Part shown: piece by piece, positions 1 through 11,314 of the stretch
Layout of the letters: each line of letters opens with the position of its first letter
How positions within the stretch are numbered: position 1 is the first letter of the stretch
Assembly (NCBI RefSeq): GCF_006345805.1
Contig: NC_043010.1
Span: 9,734,001 to 9,798,000 of the forward strand
Source: Octopus sinensis
Taxonomy: Eukaryota
Length of the DNA: 64,000 nt
Reading direction: 5' to 3'
The notes under the pieces: model-generated
Seen by the model: only the letters and a program-made list of their open reading frames with translations
Databases searched by the model: none
Told to the model about the DNA's origin: nothing
Program-made: the position numbers and the translations under genes

Positions 1-44
1 ACACACACAGACACACACACAGACATATAGTTGTATGCACGTTT

Positions 45-660
45 GCGTGTAGACTTGCAGCTTAGTGGTTCTGGTGTTGCACACGTGATCATAAGATTGT
101 GATTTCAGTTCCTGGAACCAGGCAATGTATTGTGTTGCTAAGCAAAATACATAATTTCACATTGCTCCAGTCCATCATCATCATCATCATCATTGTTCGA
201 CCGTGGTCGAGACAATGGAATTTACCATGCTACGCCAGACTTCACGGTCCATCATGGCATTACAGAGGTCCTGTTGCTGGATGCCTGTATCCCTGGAGAT
301 TACATCAGGGTAGGAGAGTGTGTGCCTTCTGGTATTGCGAGTAGATGGCTTCCAGAGGAGGAGAGTAGAAATTACCTCTTTCTCAGCTCTACAACAATGT
401 CCAGCAAACTGGACTCTCTTACCTTTCACAAGAGACGACACGGGTGGTAGTTTCCCATATATTTGCATTTTGGTTGGATGGCGCTTCCACGAGAGATTTT
501 GAGCTCTCATAAGGAGGCGAGTGTAGGTTCCATCCAACCGCCTCTCAAGCTTCTTTGATAACGTCCACTCAGCTGGCAAAAGTGAGCAATCCTGTAATGG
601 CCCAGTATACTATCCAGACGTGGGGAATATACATGCCACAGAATTGTATGAAACTGGGCT
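45..660 (+). mobile_element. Old tRNA-derived SINE (family E, V-domain-like), split by the RTE fragment
   Basis: Halves rejoin to CTCCAGTCCACTCAGCTGGCAAAA, found uninterrupted in the copy at 19816-20018. Confidence 0.65.
175..562 (-). mobile_element. 5'-truncated RTE-clade LINE, ORF C-terminus plus (TGA)n tail
   Basis: ORF WTLSKKLERRLDGTYTRLLMRAQNLSW...DREVWRSMV typical of the post-RT region of RTE elements; GTCCA duplicated at 170-174 and 563-567. Confidence 0.85.
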
Positions 661-1278
661 GAGGAGCATATGGCTTGGGGAAAGACATTTAATCCTTTTT
701 TACACACAAACGCACATTTCTGCTATGTTTTAGCGATACACAAAAAGTTGGTAGGTAGGAGCTTACTATTGTGCTAACATATAAATAATCTAAAGTATAG
801 GAAACTATTAAGTATGTATTTCCTTATTTAATAAATGAAACAGTTATCAAGACTTTACATTTAAAATATCTCATTTGTATTTTTCACATTTTCACATTTT
901 TAAGTGTAGGTTCTTATTTTCATGGTGCAGTTATCTACATCTTGCTTCACATGAATATTCTGCTGTTCATTGTTTGAGAACCACTCCTCTAGATATTGTT
1001 TTCTTTCACATCATAATATTTTTCTCTCTTAAAGTAATATAATATCATTCTTTATTATACTATCCCAAGGCTATTATTATTACTGTTAACTGGACATCCC
1101 ACATGAAATATCAATGTTTATCACACCAGTTGTCACAATGCTCTGTCATTTTAGATGAAATACAACATTTTGGCATGCAATAGCTTCCATAAATTAAACT
1201 CCACTGCTGCTACTGCTACTACTACTACTACCACCACCACTACCACTAATAATAATGATCATAATATTGATAATAGTA

Positions 1279-1340
<62 letters not shown>

Positions 1341-1553
1341 CCTTTCTACTATAGGCATAAGGCCTGAAGTTTCGGGAGAGGGGACCAGTGAATTACATCG
1401 ACTCCAGTGCATAACTGGTACTTAATTTATTGACTTCTAAAGGATGAAAGGCAAAGTCAACCTCAGCGAAATTTGAACTCAGAACAAGAAGACAGACGAA
1501 ATGCCGCTAAGCATTTTGCCTGGCGTTCTAATGATTCTGCCAGCTCACCACCT
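1341..1553 (-). mobile_element. SINE family B (tRNA head plus GCCTTTCATCCTTT..GTCGATAAA..AGTACCAG central domain, Meta-like), tail type 1
   Basis: Homology to copies at ~9790-9900 (-), 11720-11925 (+), 32842-33050 (+) and 63595-63775 (+). Confidence 0.8.
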
Positions 1554-1900
1554 TGATGATGATGATGATGATGATGATCATAATAATAATAATAATAACA
1601 ATAACAATAATAGTGATGATGAACTCTCTCTTCCAAGATGGCATATAGGTATTCAGCATTTGTCAAACAGCCTGCAGAAATGATTTGTTTATAGTAATCA
1701 AATGTATGCACTGTACATTATATCACTCCCTTTATAAAATTGAAATTTTCTGAACAGTTGCATGGTATATCATGCATCAGGTGTCAAAGGGATTACAGAA
1801 CAGCATGAGATAAAGGGTTTTGCTCAAAAATGCAACACTAAGAGGAGAAATCATGATCTCACAATTGTGAGTGCAACACTCTAACCAATATATAATAGCA

Positions 1901-2066
1901 ATCATCATCATCATCATCGTTTAACGTCTGTTCTCCATGCTAGCATGGGTTGGATGGTTCGACTGGGGATCTGGGAAGCCAGAAGGCTGCACCAGGCTCC
2001 AGTCTGATCTCGCAGTGTTTCTACAGCTCGATGCCCTTCCTAGCGCCAACCACTCCGAGAGTGTAG
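1901..2066 (-). mobile_element. SINE/short retroposon family C, (TGA)n tail, truncated
   Basis: Shares CCATGCTAGCATGG palindrome and GATGCCCTTCCTA..GCCAACCAC with other copies. Confidence 0.8.
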
Positions 2067-2220
2067 TTAATAATACAATAATAATAATAATGATAATAAT
2101 GATAATAGTAATAGTAATAATGACAATAACAAGAGCACTCAGGGAGCACAACCCTCCACCAAGGCAAAACCAACGTCCCCTCAACGATTAGCTAGAGATG
2201 ATACACCCTGTGTGTATTGC

Positions 2221-2769
2221 CCATATGAATGCGGCAGCAATTTCAAAATGATCGCAGTGAATAAAATTATAAAAATATATATAGATATTATTAGTAGTAC
2301 AAAATAATAATACAAGTCGCTTGAGAGCATCAAATAACCAAAATGGTAAAATTATTCATTTATAATCAGGGTACAAGATAGTACACAACATTGCTAGAAA
2401 TAGGAGTCAAGAACCATAATAAATCACTTATATCACAAATTCCAAAATCACATTATATGAGTACATCTGCAACTCATTTGTAATTTCTACTCACTATTAG
2501 TAAGATGGGTTTTTTTTATACTCGTTTTCTTGAATTCACCAGTGTGTATATAAGTGATTTACTGTGATTCTTGAGCTCTTTGACTCCTATTTCTAGCAAT
2601 ACTGTGTACTATCTTGTACCCTGATTATAAATTAATGATTTTACTATTTTGGTTATTTTATACTCTGTAGCCACTTATATTATTATTTTTTATTAATAGT
2701 AATATCTTTATGTATTTTTATAATTTTATTCATTGCGATCATTTTGAAATTGCTGCTGCATTTATATGG
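2221..2769. repeat. Long imperfect palindrome (~215-bp arms, ~100-bp spacer)
   Basis: 2221-~2440 is the reverse complement of ~2545-2769 (e.g. ATCAGGGTACAAGATAGTACAC / GTGTACTATCTTGTACCCTGAT). Confidence 0.85.
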
Positions 2770-2772
2770 ACA

Positions 2773-2940
2773 GTAGGAGTGGCTGTGTGGTAAGTAGCTT
2801 GTTTACCAACTACATGGTTCTGGGTTCAGTCCCACTGCGTGGCATCTTGGGCAAGTGTCTTCTACTATAGCCTCGGGCTGACCAAAGCCTTGTGAGTGGA
2901 TTTGGTAGATGGAAACTGAAAGAAGCCCGTCGTATATATA
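2773..2940 (+). mobile_element. SINE family A, head only (tRNA head, CORE-like CTTGGGCAAGT segment)
   Basis: Homologous to many copies in the window; ends at the internal (TA)n. Confidence 0.85.
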
Positions 2941-2950
2941 TATATATATA

Positions 2951-3227
2951 CATTCTTGAGCCATTTGACTCCTGTTTCTAGCAACGTGGTGTACTATCTT
3001 GTATCCTGATTACAAATTTGCAATTTTATCATTTTGGTTATTTTATGCTTGATAGCCACTTATATAATTATTTTTTAATTAATATTAATATCTTTATATG
3101 TTTTTATGTTATATACATATACATATATTTTATATCTATATTTTCATTTGTCTGTTTATTAATCTATCTATTTGTCTATCTATCTATCTATCTATCTATA
3201 TATCTATCTATATATATATATGTGTGT

Positions 3228-3258
<31 letters not shown>

Positions 3259-3270
3259 CGTATGTATATA

Positions 3271-3324
<54 letters not shown>

Positions 3325-3392
3325 GTCATGCATGTATATCTATCTATCTATCTTTCTATCTATCTATCTATCTATCTATCTATTCATCTATA

Positions 3393-3431
<39 letters not shown>

Positions 3432-3813
3432 ATATATATATATATATGTGTGTATGTATATATATATATACATTCTTGAGCCATTTGACTCCTGTTTCTA
3501 GCAACGTGGTGTACTATCTTGTATCCTGATTACAAATTTGCAATTTTATCATTTTGGTTATTTTATGCTTGATAGCCACTTATATAATTATTTTTTAATT
3601 AATATTAATATCTTTATATGTTTTTATGTTATATACATATACATATATTTTATATCTATATTTTCATTTGTCTGTTTATTAATCTATCTATTTGTCTATC
3701 TATCTATCTATCTATCTATATATCTATCTATATATATATATGTGTGTATGTATATATATAATATATATATATATATATGTGCGTATGTATATATATATAT
3801 ATATATATATATC

Positions 3814-3846
<33 letters not shown>

Positions 3847-3935
3847 GTCATGCATGTATATCTATCTATCTATCTTTCTATCTATCTATCTATCTATTCA
3901 TCTATATATCTATCTATCTATCTATTCATCTATAT

Positions 3936-3972
<37 letters not shown>

Positions 3973-4045
3973 ATATATATATATAATGTATATATATATA
4001 TATATTATATATATATATGTCATGCATGTATATCTATCTATTTAT

Positions 4046-4060
<15 letters not shown>
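2951..4060 (+). repeat. Tandem duplication (~520-bp unit) including (TA)n/(TCTA)n
   Basis: CATTCTTGAGCCATTTGACTCC... starts at 2951 and 3471 with identical unique part. Confidence 0.85.
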
Positions 4061-4077
<17 letters not shown>

Positions 4078-4565
4078 ATATATATATGTATATATATGAA
4101 TATGTACATATATGTATGCATGCATATATGTGTGTATATATGAATACACATAATATACATATATATGTGCATGTATATATATATATGTATGCATGTGCGT
4201 GTGTGTGTATACATGCATAGGTATGTATGAATGTATGTAATTATACATATACACACACATATATATATATATATATATACACACACATTCATGACTTTGG
4301 CTTGTTTATAACAAATGTTTAGCTGAATTTCACTTCCTGTCCACAAAAGAAACTCTCCAATCCAATAATACAGACATTTAGTTTTGCAAATTTAATGACT
4401 CTAACAGCGTATTACTGCTGAAATGACAGGAACAAAAGTGAACTAGGTGTCAGGACGAAGAACAATAAACTCATCAAAAAATCAATACTATTGAGCAAAG
4501 AATGAAAATCAGATAAGGTTAATGTGTGTGAGAGATTGTGAGTGTGTGTGTATATATATATGTAC

Positions 4566-4629
<64 letters not shown>

Positions 4630-4861
4630 TGTGTATATGTATGTATATAAATGTATGTATATATATATATACATATATATGTATGTATGTATATATATAT
4701 ATGTATGTATATAAATGTATGTATATATATATATATAATATATATGTGTGTGTGTGTGTATATGTGTGTATATAAATGTATGTATGTATATAAATGTATA
4801 TATATATATGTATGTATATAAATGTATGTATATATATATATATGTATGTATATAATGTATG

Positions 4862-4923
<62 letters not shown>

Positions 4924-5345
4924 ATATGTATACATGTGTGTGTATGTGTGTGTGTATTATATATGCACACACAAAAGCGCATATATATCAGCAAGGGAAG
5001 AAAGCCGTTTGATTTTTTGAATCCGGCCTCCGAGCAATTGCGACTGAAAACAGATTTCTGCTGTAGAATGTGTTACACTTCTCAGTTGGTGTTTCAATTG
5101 TTTGATTTCTAAAGTTTCCAGGCAAATTAGTCTTTATTTCACTTTCGGTAAGTAGAATCTAATTTGGAAATGCATTAGATATTGAGTGCAGACTACAGAG
5201 CAATTTTGCATCAATGCATATGTAATGTAGTTTGCAATGAGGTGTGTGTGTGTGGTGTGTGTGTGTGTGTGTGTGTGTGAGTAGATATGTTAAATACATA
5301 TTAATGTGTCTATTGTATACGTGTGTGTGTGTGTGTGTGTGAGAG
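4060..5345. repeat. Compound (TA)/(TG)/(TATG) microsatellites
   Basis: Direct reading. Confidence 0.95.
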
Positions 5346-5460
5346 TGAAGTAAGAGTAAGAGAAAGGCAGGGAAAGACAGAGAAAGAAAGAGAGTACATC
5401 TTATGTACAAGAACACTAGAATGCTAAATGTAAAAGTCAGCAGTACAAAAATATAAATGA

Positions 5461-5841
5461 AACAAGAACGCTCAGAGAGCGCAATCCTCTGCCAAGGCAA
5501 CACCAACGTTCTCTCAACGATTACATAGTGATGATTTTAAAAATGAGAATATCTGAAATAAACTCGACTGCTCTCACAAACGAGAATACTAAAAATGAAC
5601 CTGACCACTCTAAAAAATTATGTAAAAAAAAAACTGGAAAAAATAATCCAGAATCTTATTTTGGTACTGGATCGATCCGAAAATCCAATCAGTTCATGCC
5701 AGTCATGAGGCCAAACATCCCTGAAAGTTTCATCCAAATCCATCCAGTGGTTCTTCAGATATCTTTTCCATAGTCAAACAAACATACAAACAAACACAAC
5801 TGAAAACAATACTGCTGCCTTCACTAAGGCGGAGGTAATAA
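5461..5841 (-). mobile_element. Helentron-type non-autonomous element (HINE/DINE-like)
   Basis: 5' TATTACCTCCGCC, small hairpin GCCTT-AGTG-AAGGC, (GTTT)n, degenerate subterminal IR GGCAGAGG, 3' hairpin GCGCTC-TCT-GAGCGT; a 3'-end fragment of the same family lies at ~2125-2201. Confidence 0.65.
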
Positions 5842-5900
5842 GAGCAAAGCATTAGTCAAGATAAATGAAAATATTGTCAGTCAAAAAGAATTTCTAAATA

Positions 5901-6138
5901 CAGGGTGTTCATAAATTAACTTTACAACTTCCACACTTTATAGTATTTATTAAAGTTGAGATCTATCAATCAAGTTGGCAACCAATGGAGCCCATGTGGA
6001 GGCATTCTAATGTTTCTGATAAAACTTAACTTGTTTGCTTATGTTTTCAATAAACTCTGCTGAGTTATCCACAATTTTAATTTTATTTCTATTTTACTGC
6101 ATTTTTTCAAACTGTAAAGATAATGTATAGACATCTTG
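5901..6138. mobile_element. Tc1/mariner-type MITE, degenerate
   Basis: TA|CAGGGTGTTCATAAATTAACTTTACAAC ... CTGTAAAGATAATGTATAGACATCTTG|TA; imperfect ~30-bp TIRs. Confidence 0.55.
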
Positions 6139-6183
6139 TATCATTGACAGAGTAGTTATCCATAAGAATTGTGACCCACTATG

Positions 6184-6188
<5 letters not shown>

Positions 6189-6214
<26 letters not shown>

Positions 6215-6734
6215 TTAGCGTCCGCTTTCCATGCTAGCATGGGTTGGACAGTTCAACTGGGGTCTGTGAAGCCAGAAGGCTGCATCAGGCCCAGTCTGAT
6301 CTGGCAGTGTTTCTACGGCTGAATGCCCTTCCTAACGCCAACCACTCCGTGAGTGTAGTGGGTGCTTTTTACGTGCCACTGCACAGGTGCCAGATGGCGC
6401 TGACATACGGCCACGGATGGATGGTGCTTTTTACGTGCAATGGGCACGGGGGCCAGGAGAGGCTGGCAATGGCCACGATCGGATGGTGCTTTTTACATGC
6501 CACTGGCACGGGAGCCAGGCGAGGCTGGCAACGGCCACAAACGGATGGTGCTTTTACGTGCCACCAGCGCGGGGGCCAGGCGAGGCTGGCAACGGTCATG
6601 AACGGATGATGCTACATGCCACCAGCACGGGGGCCAGGTGAGGCTGGCAACAGCCACGAATGGATGGTGCTTTTTACGTGCCACCGGCACGGAGGCCAGT
6701 CGGGGCGGCGCTGGCCACGGCCACGATCGGATGG
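6189..6734 (-). mobile_element. Family C with internal ~61-bp tandem array (6360-6734)
   Basis: About six GGATGGTGCTTTTTACGTGCCAC... units. Confidence 0.85.
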
Positions 6735-7139
6735 TTCGCTTACTGTTGTGTGGTTTAATTCTTTATTCGATATATAGGCATTTGTTTTTAACAATCATTG
6801 CAAATATTTGTTCAGCTTCATGACAACAAATTATTGTGTCTATATCAGGAAATGTCACGTATATGCATTCAAACATGCATGCATACAAAAGTACATACAT
6901 ATATACATACAAACATCCTTATACACATACATCAATACCTATGTACATACATTCACGTGTGTGTGTGTGTGTGAATTTATTATCTCAGAATTTGATAGTC
7001 TATTCAACATTTCACCCTGAGCTATCAACTTTTGTTATAATAAATATTTGAATCCACTCTACAAAAATTGAGTCTATATGAGATAACATTTTTAGTACAT
7101 AAAATATATTCAAACATACTTTACAACTCTTACATTAAT

Positions 7140-7475
7140 ATGTAATGTATATGTGTATGTATGTATGTATGTATGTATGTATGTATGCATGCATGCATGT
7201 AGGTATGTATGTATGTAGGTATGTATGTATGTATGTATGTATGTATGTATGTATGTATGTATGTATGTGTGTATGTATGTACGTACGTATGTAGGTATGT
7301 ATGTATGTATGTATGTATGTATGTATGCATGCATGCATGCATGCATGCATGCATGCATGTATGTATGTATGTATGTATGTATGTATGTATGTATGTGTGT
7401 AAGTATGTAAGTATGTATGTATGTATGTATGTATGTAAGTATGTAAGTATGTATGTAGGTATGTATGTATGTATT
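7140..7475. repeat. (TATG)n/(CATG)n microsatellite
   Basis: Direct reading. Confidence 0.95.
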
Positions 7476-7586
7476 ATGGACATGTGTATGTACCTGTGTA
7501 TACATTTAGAAGTACACACAAAATAATAAATGCTCATTCAATAGAAATATTTTATTTGTGTTGATATATATAAGCACATAACTGTG

Positions 7587-7621
<35 letters not shown>

Positions 7622-8289
7622 ACACTTATACAAATACACACAAATATGCAGGCTCTTGAACACACACACATGTACACACCCATATATTGTCATAACAATA
7701 ATGGTTGAGAATAAAGTTTTGATGTACAATATATATCTACAATGGATATCTTGCCCCTTTTATTCCTGTTAAGTCTTTATTTACTCTTAATTGCTCACCT
7801 CTCCCATTCGCTGTACACCACTTGCATTTCGAAAAAATAGCATTGATTTGATTTGATCTGTCTCTATGCAATCTCTCCACCTTTTTATCGTTCTGTTCTA
7901 CCAACTCTTCCCCATCACTCTTCTAATGCTCTATCTTTCACCTATGTCACTCTTCATTGACACTCTCTCTCTCTCTCTCACTGTTACTCTCCTCTATTGC
8001 TATGCAAGACTCAGCCTCTGTCTATCATCACCCAATTTTTATTGCTATCCAAACTGATATCATGCTGTTTTCCTAATCAATTTACCAACAACTAGCATAT
8101 AGCTATCACAGTTTCTCTCACATTACTATCGTCCCAATTATTCTCTGACTCCTATAACTCCTATATTTTACACTCGTACTCATATTCTCTTCTTTCATCT
8201 GTAGTCAACACTTTTCCTATCTTAGTCATGTTTGCTTTGAAAGAATGGAGCCAACATTGAATGCAGAGGATTCTTTGGTTTAGCAACAC

Positions 8290-8445
8290 TTTGATCAGTT
8301 TTCTATAAGGATAATGTTTCCCTATGATTATGTCTATAAAATTTACTTTGGGTTGGTTTGTTTGGATAGTTATTTTGGTGTTGAAGTCTTTGAAGGTATT
8401 TATTAAGATTTTTGTCTTAATATGCCCTAATTTGTGTCTATCCAT
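8290..8445 (-). pseudogene. Penelope-like element RT remnant
   Basis: KILINTFKDFNTKITIQTNQPKVNFIDIIIGKHYPYRK resembles the PLE RT segment KITIxTNxxxVNFLDV...YxPYRK. Confidence 0.6.
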
Positions 8446-8528
8446 GCTTTAGGAAATTGATACACCACCTTTGCAATACACAACACAACAAAATAGGATT
8501 CTATAACATAATACACAAGCAGAAGCAG

Positions 8529-8606
8529 AAAGGATTATTGTCCTTGAATGTCTATTGTGTTACAGAATCATCTTTTGAATTCAATGGAAGACAATATAGA
8601 GACAAA
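8529..8606 (+). pseudogene. Second Penelope-like RT remnant
   Basis: KGLLSLNVYCVTESSFEFNGRQYRDK resembles the LLxxCL...FxFNGxxYxQ RT motif; followed downstream by the hammerhead motif at 8823. Confidence 0.5.
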
Positions 8607-8822
8607 TTATTTTAGAAAAACAACCTAGGAAAACGTGATATGAAAAGTGCTATGCAGTTAAAGAGCAAATCCAACTGGTGAAATGGTGTATGAAATGGCA
8701 ATAACCATAAATCAGTTCTTAACACAAATGATGTTAGACATGAGCTAAAATTATAGCTATAGACAAAAGAATAAACCCTTTCCAGTCCATGTAAAATCTG
8801 CTTGAATTCTGAAAGAAGGCAG

Positions 8823-8870
8823 TTTACACCTGAAGATCACGGTAACCTGAAACTTGGGAGTCATGAGAAA
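8823..8870 (+). ncRNA. Degenerate hammerhead motif at 3' end of Penelope-like remnant
   Basis: TTTACAC-CTGAAGA-TCACGGTAACCT-GAAAC-TTGGGA-GTC-ATGAGAAA; core intact, stems I and II imperfect. Confidence 0.45.
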
Positions 8871-10348
8871 AAAATTCCTTTTGAATTAGTGTTGAGTGCT
8901 CTCCATCTCTTTCATCGATACACTGTCAATTGGAATGTATGGAACCTGAAAAGATTTTATTAGGTAATAGAAATATCAACAGTATTTTGCTGATATCTGT
9001 TTTTATTTCTTTATTTATATATCTATTTGTTTGTTTATGTAGTTTCTTTATTGTTGAGTTGAGTCACATATTCACACAACATCCTTGTCTTTTTTTTAAT
9101 ATTTTTTATCTAGCTTTTAGTTACAGGCTTTGATATGCCCCGGGCACCTTTAATTAACCCCCATCACTGCATCGGATTTCATTCCTGGCCTACTTTTAAA
9201 CAGGTTAGCAATAATCATCAACTCGGAGCATTCCACCATCTAATTCTCATCATTTTCCCATTTAACACGACTGCACCTCTTCAAACTTTTCCTTCAATGC
9301 AACATTTCATGCATTAAATTCGCAGATATATTTGCCTCTCATCTGAACTTAGACCATCCTTGATTACACATCCAGGAAATCGTACTTATTTCATTTTCAT
9401 CCAATCACAGAGCTTTCCCTCTAATTTTATTATTGGAATTTTTCTGCTGCGTAGTATGTTTCTTCAGCTATCTGACTTGTACAGCCAACCAACATCTCAA
9501 TATATAATTTACAGATTTGTCTTCAACAACATAATAGCTTTCTTTTATTATTTCTTTAAATAACTACCAAAGTATTTTGCTATTCTAAAATATTTTCCCA
9601 GTATTTTGTAGAATTTATATTTTATTTTACCTAAAAATTTCTTTACTTCTGTGTTGCTGTGAAATTCTATAATCTTAGACATAGATAATTGGATCTTCAA
9701 GGTGAAAAGAAAAAAGAAAAACTGGGAAAGAGAAAGGAAGGAAGAATAATGATTTTAAACATACAAACAAGACAAGGCCATGGGTTCCAGAGGAAAAGAA
9801 TTGTCAATTCAATGGCCCTGTGTCATTGATTGGTACTTAATTTATTAAACACTGAAAGATGAAGGGCAAAGTCAACTACTGCTGGATTTGAACTTGGAAT
9901 ATAAAGAGCATTTTTCATTAATTGATCTACCATTCCTGCCAAAACTTCAGTAAAACTATTATAAAAAAAACATTTGTGTGTAGCTGCCTTTCAGAAAAAA
10001 AAAACAAAAAACAAACAAAAACATACTGCACGATTGATCTTATTGATTCAAAGGGGGCGGAAATAACCCTGATGTCCTGGGACAAGAGGATTTAGCCTAA
10101 TTTCCTCAAAGCCACCAATACAATACAAAAGAGCCAATTGTTATTTCTCTCACAAACTGCATTGTAAAGTGAAAATAATCTTTGAATCTCTGACTTAAAA
10201 GCAATCATGGCATAGAAAAGAATGTGTTTATAAATACACACACATAGATATGCCACACATATCTGCATGTATATGTTTGTGTGTGTGTATATACATACAT
10301 ACATACATACAAACATATATGTACATACACACACACACACACACACAT

Positions 10349-10645
10349 TACTTGTTTCAGTCATTAGACTGCAGCCATGCTGTGGTTCTGCCTTTGAAGA
10401 ATTTTTTAGTCAAATGAATTAAGCCAAACACACAAACACACACACGTATATATATATATATATATATATATTCATATATATGACGGGCTTCTTTCAGTTT
10501 CCGTCTACCAAATCCACTCACAAGGCTTTGGTTGGCCTGAGGCTATAGTAGAAGACACTTGCCCAAGGTGCCACACAGTGGGACTGAACCCGGAACCATG
10601 TGGTTGGTAAGCAAGCTACTTACCACACAGCCACTCCTGCGCCTT
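10349..10645 (-). mobile_element. SINE family A, internally deleted
   Basis: Homology to other copies. Confidence 0.85.
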
Positions 10646-11065
10646 ATAATAATATAATTTAACTGCTATAACAAGCATTTCTTTATATCAAACTTTTTCA
10701 TTGTTTATGAATTCTAGACATCAAAAAATATTTCCATTAAGAAAGATTTTCTGCAATAAAGTGTTGAGAATAATTTAATTGTTGAAAGAAAAGTTAATAA
10801 TAAACTATTTCTTGCATTATGTAAAAGACAAAGATAATGTGAAAAAAAAACGAAAAAGTAATAAATCAGATGAGGAAAGAAAATACTTTGTTATTGACAA
10901 TTCTGATTATAAATGAATGAATGGATAAGATTTATATTGCAAAGAAATGGCTTCAAGACAGAAAGACTGGACTGGTAGCACCAACAAAGTAGATATATTA
11001 AATCCCACCAAATGAAATATTGGTTTCCTTCTTTGCTTCTAGTTGTTGCTTTTTTTTTATGGTTT

Positions 11066-11314
11066 GAATGAATGTTCGTCCTTCGGGTTCGAAGATGACC
11101 CTTGACATCATTTGGTGGAATTGCTGCTACGAGACCGGAGGTGGCTGGTGAGGCCAATCCGGGCAAGAAAGCTTCTTACAAGTGGGGGCAGAAGTGGGTA
11201 GGGGCTGTGCTATTGGTGCAGGTGGCTCTGGCTTTCTGCATCTGGCGGCGTTTCTGATCTGCTGACTGAATCCATCTCTCCTCTCCTCGGCTGTCTTTGC
11301 TCCTGAGAGATGGA
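11066..11314 (-). mobile_element. 3' end of a second RTE (BovB-like) LINE
   Basis: Frameshifted minus-strand peptide KTAEERR...QKRRQMQKARA...CPTC...ARIGLTSHLRS; tail GGTCATCTTCGAACCCGAAGGACGAAC; 12-bp TSD TTTTTATGGTTT at 11054-11065 and 11315-11326. Confidence 0.8.
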
